A DNA stretch of 55,409 nucleotides, taken from positions 1-55,409 of the forward strand of contig CANQIK010000003.1 in the NCBI GenBank assembly GCA_947624085.1. The letters run 5' to 3'. The notes under the pieces were generated by a model. That model worked only from the letters and a program-made list of their open reading frames with translations. It had not been told where the DNA came from and ran no database searches. A program made the translations under genes and the position numbers. Below are positions 8,204-16,499 of the stretch, one piece after another; within the stretch, counting starts at the first letter, position 1, and every line of letters begins with the position of its first letter. Origin of the DNA: an uncultured Bacilli bacterium. Lineage in GTDB: Bacteria > Bacillota_I > Bacilli_A > RF39 > UBA660.

Positions 8204-10405
8204 TTATTCTTTAGTTTTCTTCGTTGTTTTAGTTTTTTTCGTATCTTCTTTAACTTTCTTTTCCGTAGCTTTTTCTTTTGGTTTCGGTAAAGCTTCCTTA
8301 CGCGATAAATTAAGACGTCCACGATTATCATAGCCAAGGGACTTAACAATCATTTCATCGCCTACTTTAAACATATCACTAGGTTTATCAATGCGTTTAT
8401 AATCAAGTTGAGAAACATGAACTAAGCCTTCACAACCTGGCCATAGTTCTACAAAACAACCAAAGTCTTCAACTTTAACAACTTTACCTGTATATATTTC
8501 CCCAGCAACAACTTCTTTTACAATATCTTCAATCATCGCTTTAGCTTTATTAATAATATCCATATCACTATGATAAATAATTACGCGACCGTCATCTTCA
8601 ATATCAATTTTAACAGCGTCCTTATCATTTACTGAAGCAACATGAGAAGACTCTAGAATAATTTTAGTAATCATCTCGCCACCTTTACCAATAACATCTT
8701 TAATTTTTTCTGGATCAATTGTAAAGGTAACAACTTTAGGCGCATATGGTGATAATTCCGTACGCGGTGCTTTTATGCGGTCTGTCATAACGTCAAGAAT
8801 TTTTAAACGGGCTTTCTTGGCTTCATCTAAAGCTTCTTTTAATATCGCTTTTGTAACGCCTTTAATCTTAATATCCATTTGTAAAGCCGTGATACCATCT
8901 TTAGTACCGGCAACTTTAAAGTCCATATCCCCCATATGATCTTCAAGACCTTGGATATCGGTTAAAATAGTATATTTCTTGCCATTTGAGATTAAGCCCA
9001 TGGCAATACCAGCGACAGGGGCTTTAATAGGTACACCTGCGGCCATCAAAGATAGACAGCCACTACAAATGGTAGCTTGACTAGATGAACCATTACTTTC
9101 TAAAACTTCGGATACAACGCGGATGGTATAAGGGAATTCTTCTTCGGATGGAATGACTTGAAGAAGTGCTCTTTCCCCAAGAGCTCCATGCCCTATTTCT
9201 CTTCTACCTGGACTACCATATCTACCTATTTCACCAACACAGAAGTTAGGGAAATTATAGTGAAGCATAAATCTTTTCGTATCTTCAATACCTAAACCAT
9301 CAAGAATTTGATGATCAGATAAAGGCCCTAAAGTTGTCGTAGCTAAAACTTGAGTCTCCCCTCTTGAAAATAATGCTGAACCGTGAGTTCTAGGTAATAA
9401 ATCAACATCGGCAAATAATGGTCTTATTTCATCCATCTTCCGGCCATCAGGTCTTATATGTTTTTCAATTATTAATCTTCTTACTTCTCCCGCTTCAATA
9501 TTAAGAAGGGTTTTATCAACATCTTGCATTAACTTAGCAAAATTTTCCCGATCAGCATAAATTTCACTAAAATATTTATTAGTATTTGCTTTAATTTCAT
9601 CAATGCGGTCATATTTTTGATTTTTATCCTTAATTTGAATAGCGTCAAGCATATCTTTTTGAGCAAATTCTTCAACAGCTTTGACAACTTCTTCATCAAG
9701 TATAGCAGGTTCTAATTCTAGTTTTTCTTTACCTATCTCATTAATAATCTTAGCTTGGAATTTACATAATTCTTTAATATTTTCATGAGCAAACATTAAA
9801 GCTTCCAGCATTTGTTTTTCAGATAGCTCTTTAGCCCCAGCTTCAACCATACAGATAGCTTCTTCACTTCCGGCTACAGTTAAAGCAAGAGGCGATTTTT
9901 CAGCTTGTTTAGCAGTAGGATTAATGATAAACTTACCATCTTCATCCATACCTACCATAACGCCTGATACTGGGGTATCAAAAGGTATATCTGAAATACC
10001 TAAACATAAAGATGTTCCAAATAAAGCAGCCATTTCTGGACTATTATCTTGATCCACTGATAAGACGGTATTAATTACTTGGATTTCATTTCTAATTCTT
10101 TCATCAAACATCGGTCTTATGGGTCTATCAATAAGTCTAGCTGCCAGCGTAGCAGCGTCCGTAGGTCTTCCCTCTCTTTTAATAAATCCTCCAGGTATCT
10201 TACCTACAGAATATAATTTTTCTTGATATAACACTTGAAGAGGGAAAAAATCTTGCGTAACGGGTGTTTTACCCATAACACAGGCTGATAAAACAACAGT
10301 ATCGCCATATCTTACAAGGACACTACCATTAGCTTGTTTAGCGAGTTGTCCTGTTTCTACTATTAAATCTCTTCCTAAAAAGTCTAATTTAAATTCTCTT
10401 TTCAT
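8204..10405 (-). CDS. pnp: Polyribonucleotide nucleotidyltransferase (PNPase)
   Basis: Two RNase PH domains, KH and S1 domains, and a Lys-rich tail. I chose the start at MKREFKLDF (SD AAAGGA 7 nt upstream) rather than the longer ORF start at 10435. Confidence 0.95.
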   Translation of the reverse strand: MKREFKLDFLGRDLIVETGQLAKQANGSVLVRYGDTVVLSACVMGKTPVTQDFFPLQVLYQEKLYSVGKIPGGFIKREGRPTDAATLAARLIDRPIRPMFDERIRNEIQVINTVLSVDQDNSPEMAALFGTSLCLGISDIPFDTPVSGVMVGMDEDGKFIINPTAKQAEKSPLALTVAGSEEAICMVEAGAKELSEKQMLEALMFAHENIKELCKFQAKIINEIGKEKLELEPAILDEEVVKAVEEFAQKDMLDAIQIKDKNQKYDRIDEIKANTNKYFSEIYADRENFAKLMQDVDKTLLNIEAGEVRRLIIEKHIRPDGRKMDEIRPLFADVDLLPRTHGSALFSRGETQVLATTTLGPLSDHQILDGLGIEDTKRFMLHYNFPNFCVGEIGRYGSPGRREIGHGALGERALLQVIPSEEEFPYTIRVVSEVLESNGSSSQATICSGCLSLMAAGVPIKAPVAGIAMGLISNGKKYTILTDIQGLEDHMGDMDFKVAGTKDGITALQMDIKIKGVTKAILKEALDEAKKARLKILDVMTDRIKAPRTELSPYAPKVVTFTIDPEKIKDVIGKGGEMITKIILESSHVASVNDKDAVKIDIEDDGRVIIYHSDMDIINKAKAMIEDIVKEVVAGEIYTGKVVKVEDFGCFVELWPGCEGLVHVSQLDYKRIDKPSDMFKVGDEMIVKSLGYDNRGRLNLSRKEALPKPKEKATEKKVKEDTKKTKTTKKTKE

Positions 10406-10420
10406 TACTAATCCTTTCAA

Positions 10421-10450
10421 AAAATAAAAAGACACTAAAAATTCAGTGCC
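10421..10450 (-). terminator. rpsO terminator/attenuator upstream of pnp
   Basis: The minus RNA reads GGCACU-loop-AGUGUC followed by UUUUUAUUUUUU. It overlaps the rpsO stop codon by 1 nt. This is the classical rpsO-pnp arrangement. Confidence 0.5.
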
Positions 10451-10719
10451 TATTTTCTTAAATTTAATTTTTTAATTAATTCTCGATAACTCTTAACATC
10501 ATTATTTTTAAGATATTCAAGTAGTTTCTTTCTTTTACCAACTTTCATTAAAAGTCCCCGTTTAGAATGATAATCATGTTTATGAACAGTTAAGTGTTCT
10601 GTTAGTTCATTAATTTCTTTAGTAAGAATTGCTACTTGAACTTCAGTAGAGCCACAATCTTTTTCATTCTTGCCAAACTCTTTAACGATTTGTGATTTAA
10701 CTTCTTTAGTTAAAGCCAT
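10450..10719 (-). CDS. rpsO: 30S ribosomal protein S15
   Basis: 89 aa with the typical S15 sequence (...[45 protein letters not shown]). SD AAGGAGGA. Confidence 0.95.
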   Translation of the reverse strand: MALTKEVKSQIVKEFGKNEKDCGSTEVQVAILTKEINELTEHLTVHKHDYHSKRGLLMKVGKRKKLLEYLKNNDVKSYRELIKKLNLRK

Positions 10720-10806
10720 TTTTATAATCCTCCTTTTTTCTAATAATCCGTTTTAACTGAGTAAGGATTTCGGAGAAAGTCCAAACTAAGTAAAAACTTA
10801 ATACTA

Positions 10807-10835
10807 ATTATATTACAATAATTAGAAAAATGCAA
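10807..10835 (-). promoter_or_regulatory. Sigma-A type promoter of rpsO
   Basis: The minus strand reads TTGCAT (10835-10830), a 17-nt spacer, then TATAAT (10812-10807). It lies ~85 nt upstream of the rpsO ATG. The leader contains a GGA(C)UUUC-UCC-GAAAUCC hairpin. Confidence 0.6.
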
Positions 10836-10868
10836 TCAAATCATGCTAATTTGTGCTATAGGTTTTAG

Positions 10869-11783
10869 CTAATTTCGCATATTTTCTATTAATATACCAA
10901 TATTTGATCCTACTTTATCTTTAAGTTCCTCGACGTTTTCACAATAATTTTTTTCGCGTTTTATAGCATCATCAATTTTGTCAACGAACATATCAAAATT
11001 TAAATTAGCTTTATCATATCCTATTATTTCTGAAAGCATTTTATCTGAATATTTTTTAGATCTTTTATTTGAATTAACGCGTTTATTTTCTAATAACTTA
11101 TCAAAATCTAAAGTATCAAACTGTTCAAAATGCATTAATAACCAAGCTTCAAAACAAGGATTACTTACATATAATTTAATATTATTTTTCTTACAACTAC
11201 TCACTAAATTATCATATTGATCTGGTTTAAAGTTACCCTTATCTCGATCAACAATTAAATTAATAACGTCAATTTCTGAATTATAGTCAAGAATAACTCT
11301 TTGAACATCTAAATAATTAATAATTTCAGAGGCTATATTTTCAAAGACATCATCTTTAAATATATCCATGATTATATTATCAATCTCACATAAATCTATT
11401 ATATCATTGGCATAATTTTCAATATAATTTTTTGCCATTTTTATTAATTCTTCTTTATTAAATAAAGCTTCATTTTTTATATAATCAACTAGGCATTTAT
11501 ATAAATTTTCTTTACTAATAACATTTTCGGTGCTCTGAGATTTAATGTCATTTGCCATTTTCAACGCATATTTAGGATGACTTTTAGAGGAGTCATCTAA
11601 ACTTCTTAGAACACTAATTAAAGATAATGATTGATTTATTGCTAATTTTTCTCTGTTAACTATGATACCATTAAAATACATTGGTTCAGTTACTTCGCCT
11701 TCATATATTAAAAAATACTTAGGCATTTCTGTCATTGTTTCATTTGGTCTTTCTGCAAATTTACTATTTGTCTGTACCCTCAT
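10869..11783 (-). CDS. RloB-like (Toprim-type) protein, partner of the upstream ATPase; AbiLii-like defence component
   Basis: 304 aa. RloB hallmarks are present: N-terminal FLIYEGEVTEPMYF, acidic IVDRD, and SNPCFEAWLLMHFE. It overlaps the ATPase gene by 20 nt, so the pair is translationally coupled. The true start could be M17 or M20. Confidence 0.8.
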   Translation of the reverse strand: MRVQTNSKFAERPNETMTEMPKYFLIYEGEVTEPMYFNGIIVNREKLAINQSLSLISVLRSLDDSSKSHPKYALKMANDIKSQSTENVISKENLYKCLVDYIKNEALFNKEELIKMAKNYIENYANDIIDLCEIDNIIMDIFKDDVFENIASEIINYLDVQRVILDYNSEIDVINLIVDRDKGNFKPDQYDNLVSSCKKNNIKLYVSNPCFEAWLLMHFEQFDTLDFDKLLENKRVNSNKRSKKYSDKMLSEIIGYDKANLNFDMFVDKIDDAIKREKNYCENVEELKDKVGSNIGILIENMRN

Positions 11784-13125
11784 TATATACCCCCGGAAAA
11801 TCTATAAAAATAGGAACTGCACCATATCTACCATCTAAATAGGCTTTATCTATCTTACGATCAAATCTAGCATCATCTTTAAATTGTTCCAATGAATATA
11901 ATTTTGTTGAGCCATCCTTTTTCTTTTCGGCAAACCATACTTCATCTCTTCTTAAAACATTATAACTCAATAATCGAGATTCATGAGTTGTAATTATCAA
12001 TTGGATATTTCTATTTTTTAATAGATTTAAAAAACAATTAACAAATCTAACTGTAAGAGATGGATGCAAGCTTCGATCAATCTCATCAATAATGAAAACT
12101 TTATTATCGGATAATAATATATCAATTAATTCTAAAATTCGAAGTGTTCCGTCAGATTCTTCATAAGTATCAAAATAAGTATTAGAATTAGTATGTAATA
12201 TTTTTATAACTTTTACATTAAGATTTTCATCTTTATTATTGCCACTTATTGTATATATACAATTTTCAATTCTTAAAGTTATATCAAATTTTGACACATT
12301 ATTGCTTATTTGATTAATATCAGATGTAAGTCTACTATATTCCGCTGGGGAAAGTCTATCTTTAATTTCTGACATATTAGATTCGCATTCTAATAAATCA
12401 TCGATATCAAGACCTAACATTTTTAATAAAGGTTTAATATCATTTTTAAATTGTGAAAAATAATTAAATTTAATTTCTCGATTTTGATTAGGCAATACTA
12501 ATTGCAAATCGTTTAGAAAAAAGTCAAAAACATTCTCAAAGTCAATAAAAGAAGAAGTTTTAACATCATTCATTTGGATTCTTCTTGTCATTTCAGTAAG
12601 AAAAAAGATATTATTATTATTTAATATATCACTTTTACAAACTTCAAAGCGGTTGGCATCGACTTTATCTTTTATTTTTAAATCCGTTTTAATCGTTTTT
12701 TTAATAGCATCTCTTTCAAATATAATAAACTGATTGTTTTTAGTCATATCAATAAGCCACTCAGAAACGATTTCTTTCTTATTGATATTTACTTCAAACC
12801 CATATGAATATAATTTATTATTTTTGGCAATTTCATATTCAAAATAAGAAGGTATTTCTTTATTTTTTTCATTTAGCCTAAAATATTGATTGGCAAACAA
12901 GCCTTGAATGTTATTAAGTAAAAGCTTTTTTCCTAAATCTATAGCTAAAACTAAATTAGATTTACCAGAGGCATTAGCACCATATATAGAACTAAATTTT
13001 AATATTTTTAAATTATTAATATTAGCGATATGTTCTGGAAAGTTTCGCGTTTTGCCCGCGACCATAGAAAAATGTTGCATATCATTAAATGACCTAAAAT
13101 TTTTAACTTTAAAGCCAATTAGCAT
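11764..13125 (-). CDS. AAA_21/ABC-type ATPase (AbiLi / OLD-, PARIS AriA-like defence ATPase)
   Basis: 453 aa. It has the N-terminal IGFKVKNFRSF, Walker A GANASGKSN, signature-like ESDGTLR, Walker B VFIIDEIDRSLHP, H-loop ITTHES, and a C-terminal YLDGRYGAVP. Confidence 0.85.
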   Translation of the reverse strand: MLIGFKVKNFRSFNDMQHFSMVAGKTRNFPEHIANINNLKILKFSSIYGANASGKSNLVLAIDLGKKLLLNNIQGLFANQYFRLNEKNKEIPSYFEYEIAKNNKLYSYGFEVNINKKEIVSEWLIDMTKNNQFIIFERDAIKKTIKTDLKIKDKVDANRFEVCKSDILNNNNIFFLTEMTRRIQMNDVKTSSFIDFENVFDFFLNDLQLVLPNQNREIKFNYFSQFKNDIKPLLKMLGLDIDDLLECESNMSEIKDRLSPAEYSRLTSDINQISNNVSKFDITLRIENCIYTISGNNKDENLNVKVIKILHTNSNTYFDTYEESDGTLRILELIDILLSDNKVFIIDEIDRSLHPSLTVRFVNCFLNLLKNRNIQLIITTHESRLLSYNVLRRDEVWFAEKKKDGSTKLYSLEQFKDDARFDRKIDKAYLDGRYGAVPIFIDFPGVYNEGTDK

Positions 13126-13151
13126 TACTTATCATCCCCTATTCTAAAAAC

Positions 13152-13180
13152 ATTATATTACAATTTTTCACATTTGTGAA
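13152..13180 (-). promoter_or_regulatory. Promoter of the ATPase/RloB pair with overlapping 14-bp palindrome
   Basis: The minus strand reads TTCACA (13180-13175), a 17-nt spacer, then TATAAT (13157-13152). The perfect palindrome TTCACA-TT-TGTGAA (13167-13180) overlaps the -35. A second candidate, TTGAAT-16-TATAAT, lies just upstream. Confidence 0.5.
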
Positions 13181-13276
13181 TGTTATTATACATTATTTTT
13201 CAAAAAATTCAATACTTTATACGATTTTTCCACATTAAATGTTTAATTTAGATATATGTTTTATAAAATATGGTTA

Positions 13277-14455
13277 TTATATGCCAATAAAGGCAAGATA
13301 ACATAAGAATAGGATAAAGATAGTCAAAATTATGCCCCCATTGATATTATCACGTTTATTAGCTACCTCCGGAATACCTACAGCCATAGCAGCTAAATAC
13401 CCACCGATAAGTCCACCGATATGGCAAGAAGCGTCAATACCTGGTAAAAAGCTTAAGATAAGGTTAACCACTATAACGGGTATTAATCTTGTTAATAAAC
13501 TATCACGGAAATATAATCTAAATTTCATGCCAAAATATACTAAAGCTCCTAAAGTACCAAAAATAGCCCCTGAAGCTCCAACCGACATACTATTAGGATT
13601 AAGTCCGGCACTTAATAAACCACCACATATAGCACTTATAAGATAGATGAAGATAAATCTTTTAGTTCCATATCTTGCTTCTGTTTGGGGACCAATGATT
13701 AAAAGGGAATACATATTCATAATAATATGAGTCCAACCGCCATGTAAAAAAGCATAAGCTACTAAACGCCAAGACTGAGCTAAACTAGCTAAAATATTAC
13801 TAAAGCCATTTCTTAAATATAACCCAGAATTAGCACCAAGAACGCCAAGCTTTTCAATAGCTCCAACGCCATTAAAAGTACCTTTTAGCATAACCAGCTC
13901 AACACCAAACATAATCAGGCATAAACTTATAATAAAATAAGTAAACCAACATTTTTTACCACTAAAAATACGTTTATATTTGGCATTTTCCTTTGCAGTA
14001 CGATTATTAAGATCATTTGTAACATTATATATAAGCTCTAACCCATCTTCGGCTGTATAGATATTATCTTTTAAATTAGGGAAAATCTCTAAAAGATCTT
14101 TATTATTTTCAACATCTTTTAAATCATTTACAGCCAGATTATCAACATTTTTAAGGCCATTTGCCTTTATATCAGGTTCTTCATTTAAATTAATATTTAA
14201 AGCATTAATGGAAAAAGATAAAGTTTTTCTTTTAATTTGTCTTAATATTCCCTTAATGCGAAATTGATCAAATCTAAATTGTTCATCATTAAAAATACGA
14301 TTACTATTAATTCTAATTACTCGATAAGGACCATCTATTTTTTCAAGCCATATTTCATCTCTTACACCTTGAACAAAGATTGGTGAATAATTTTCTTTTG
14401 TAACAAAATAATGAACTAAACTCATAAGTATTTGGTCTTCTTTGCGTAAATTCAT
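13277..14455 (-). CDS. Rhomboid family intramembrane serine protease (GluP/YqgP-like)
   Basis: 392 aa with a cytoplasmic N-domain plus a polytopic core carrying HGGWTHIIMNM, the catalytic GASGAIFG and HIGGLIGG. Confidence 0.85.
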   Translation of the reverse strand: MNLRKEDQILMSLVHYFVTKENYSPIFVQGVRDEIWLEKIDGPYRVIRINSNRIFNDEQFRFDQFRIKGILRQIKRKTLSFSINALNINLNEEPDIKANGLKNVDNLAVNDLKDVENNKDLLEIFPNLKDNIYTAEDGLELIYNVTNDLNNRTAKENAKYKRIFSGKKCWFTYFIISLCLIMFGVELVMLKGTFNGVGAIEKLGVLGANSGLYLRNGFSNILASLAQSWRLVAYAFLHGGWTHIIMNMYSLLIIGPQTEARYGTKRFIFIYLISAICGGLLSAGLNPNSMSVGASGAIFGTLGALVYFGMKFRLYFRDSLLTRLIPVIVVNLILSFLPGIDASCHIGGLIGGYLAAMAVGIPEVANKRDNINGGIILTIFILFLCYLAFIGI

Positions 14456-14520
14456 AATTCGTTTCCTTTCTACGTTATTATACCATACTGTAGTTTATTT
14501 AAAAATAATAATATTTAGCC

Positions 14521-15402
14521 TTACAGTAAAGCAATAAAATCTTTCATTTCTTTAGGCATTTCAGCGGTAAATGCTAACTTTTCATGCGTAATTGGATGTT
14601 CAAACTCAATTTGCCAAGAGTGTAAAAATTGGCCAAATTTACTTGCTTCTTTATTATTATAAACAGGATCATTATATATAGGATACCCAATATATTTCAT
14701 ATGTACTCTAATTTGATGAGTCCTGCCCGTTTCAAGATTAAGACTAACTAAGGTATAACCTTTAAATCTTTTAATAACTTTAAGATGAGTTATAGCTTTT
14801 TTACCACCCTCAAAGACACCCATTTTATTAAAATTATTACTATCTCTTTTAATTGGAGCGTCAATTACAGCATTATCATAAGGAAGTTCCCCAGTTAATA
14901 AAGCAAGATATGTTCTTTTAATACTATGTTCTTTAAACATATCCGCTAAAAGAGCATGAGCTTTATTATTTTTAGCTACTACCATAAGTCCTGAAGTATC
15001 TTTATCAATGCGATGAACAATCCCTACTCTAGCAAGGCCATTTATATTACTTAAATCTTTTGTATAGGCCATTAACCCATTTACTAAAGTATGAGTATAA
15101 TTACCACTACCGGGATGAACAACTAATCCCGAAGGCTTATTAATAATCATTAAATCTTCATCTTCATAAACAATATCTAAAGGCATTTGTTCGGGCAAAA
15201 TATCTGTATCTATTTTAAAATTTTCATCAAGTATTATTTCATCCCCCATTTTAGGTTTATAACTAGCTTTTTTATACTCATCATTAACAAGAATAAAACC
15301 ACCCTCGAGCATTTTAGTTATTAAAGCCCTAGAAAACTCCGTATTAAGAGTTAAATATTTATCTAACCGTTCATTATTATTTTCTTCTACTACTATTTTC
15401 AT
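14521..15402 (-). CDS. rluD: RluA-family 23S rRNA pseudouridine synthase (RluD-like)
   Basis: 293 aa with an N-terminal S4 domain, the catalytic HRIDKDTSGLMV and RTHQIRVH. Confidence 0.85.
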   Translation of the reverse strand: MKIVVEENNNERLDKYLTLNTEFSRALITKMLEGGFILVNDEYKKASYKPKMGDEIILDENFKIDTDILPEQMPLDIVYEDEDLMIINKPSGLVVHPGSGNYTHTLVNGLMAYTKDLSNINGLARVGIVHRIDKDTSGLMVVAKNNKAHALLADMFKEHSIKRTYLALLTGELPYDNAVIDAPIKRDSNNFNKMGVFEGGKKAITHLKVIKRFKGYTLVSLNLETGRTHQIRVHMKYIGYPIYNDPVYNNKEASKFGQFLHSWQIEFEHPITHEKLAFTAEMPKEMKDFIALL

Positions 15403-15886
15403 TATCTTCCCCTAAATAGATACTCCATATTAATATCATAACCCCAATAAAGACAAAACTATCAGCAATATTAAAAATCGGATAATCATAATTAAATATC
15501 ATAATATCAATAAAGTCAATAACATGACCATAAACAATACGGTCTATTAAATTACCTAATAAACCTCCAAAGATAAGAGAAAAAGCCAAAATATTCTTCT
15601 TATTATTTTTAAACCTATGCATATAAAGAAGTAATATTATAAAGATAATAATAGATATTGATATTATTAAATATGGTTTACCAGAAAGCATAGACCATGC
15701 TACACCGGTATTATAAGTTTTAGTAATATATATAAATCTATCACATATCATATAAGATTTATTTAAAGGTAAAACATTATCAAGGATTATTTTACTAGCT
15801 TGGTCCACGATTAAAAAAAGCATTGTAAAAAGTGCTACTTTCTTTTTCATATCTAATTTAGACCATAGTTTTTTAACTTTTTTCAT
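15377..15886 (-). CDS. lspA: Lipoprotein signal peptidase (signal peptidase II)
   Basis: 169 aa with four TM segments, NTGVAWS and FNIADS motifs. The lspA-rluD pairing is classical. Confidence 0.85.
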   Translation of the reverse strand: MKKVKKLWSKLDMKKKVALFTMLFLIVDQASKIILDNVLPLNKSYMICDRFIYITKTYNTGVAWSMLSGKPYLIISISIIIFIILLLYMHRFKNNKKNILAFSLIFGGLLGNLIDRIVYGHVIDFIDIMIFNYDYPIFNIADSFVFIGVMILIWSIYLGEDNENSSRRK

Positions 15887-15909
15887 ACTAACTAATTATA
15901 TAATAATTT

Positions 15910-16137
15910 TTAAACTCTAACAAGTACTACATCTTTCCCAATCTTTTCTATATCACTATATTTAAAAGTTATCTCTTCTTTTTTAAAACTTCTTTGAAAT
16001 ATTTTTCTATTTTCAACTACAAAAGATATTATTTGCCCATTATCACCAATTTCAACATCAATAACATGACCATAATTAAGTCCTGTTTTCATAGATATGA
16101 TATCTTTATCTTGTAATTCTGATAAATACATATTCAT
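15910..16137 (-). CDS. YlmC/YmxH-family PRC-barrel (sporulation) protein
   Basis: 75 aa. (MN)MYLSELQDKDIISMKTGLNYGHVIDVEI..NGQIISFVV matches the small PRC-barrel YlmC/YmxH pattern. Confidence 0.7.
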   Translation of the reverse strand: MNMYLSELQDKDIISMKTGLNYGHVIDVEIGDNGQIISFVVENRKIFQRSFKKEEITFKYSDIEKIGKDVVLVRV

Positions 16138-16159
16138 ATTAAAGTATATTTATGGTACT

Positions 16160-16184
16160 AAAAAAGATGAAGAAATTCTTCATC
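16160..16184 (-). terminator. Rho-independent terminator ~315 nt downstream of the 16500-18185 stop codon
   Basis: The minus RNA reads GAUGAAG-AAUUU-CUUCAUC followed by UUUUUU. Confidence 0.6.
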
Positions 16185-16452
16185 ATTAAGATATATTAAC
16201 TTTATAAGGTTTGTCTACTGCTATTACTAAAGTAGGCAACTACATATTGGTGATTAATTCGAACTTGAAAAATTAAATAATAATCTATCTAAAAAAACTT
16301 TAGCAAAAAAACAAAATCATTTATTTATGTCTTTATTATCTATTACTATCGTTATTGTTATTATTTTTTTCAAAAGCAAAATCACTTTACTTCTGCCATT
16401 TTCAAGTTATTACCATAATTTTAATCGCTATTCCTTTCTACAGATTTACCCT

Positions 16453-16486
16453 GCTCGCCTCGCACCGTAAAGGCGCGAAGACGAGC
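16453..16486 (-). other. Long GC-rich hairpin immediately 3' of the 16500-18185 stop codon (no U-tract)
   Basis: The sense RNA reads GCUCGUCU(U)CGCGCC-UUUAC-GGUGCGAGGCGAGC. That is 14 bp including three G:U pairs, one bulge and a 5-nt loop. The G:U pairs become C:A mismatches on the other strand, so the structure is strand-specific. It starts 13 nt after the TGA stop. Confidence 0.7.
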
Positions 16487-16499
16487 CAATGTCCTATTT

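Noticed and set aside
16186-16245. A possible relic of a paralogue 3' end (…VDKPYKVNIS*) just upstream of the terminator.
   Set aside because: The match to 28710-29990 is essentially a 17-mer with one mismatch (ttaactttAtaaggttt). This could arise by chance in AT-rich DNA, so I mention it only as a side note.
16331-16370. An A-rich stretch (sense AATAATAACAATAACGATAGTAATAG) downstream of the variable patch, considered as a possible DGR template repeat.
   Set aside because: The non-adenine positions do not match the patch at 16581-16682 in any register. It is ordinary AT-rich spacer.
16327-16470. A plus-strand 47-codon hydrophobic ORF (MSLLSITIVIVIIFFKSK...) in the long 3' region, considered as a type I toxin-like peptide.
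   Set aside because: It has no SD or recognisable promoter. Its 3' end is simply the antisense of the GC-rich hairpin. The hydrophobicity is expected from T-rich sequence.
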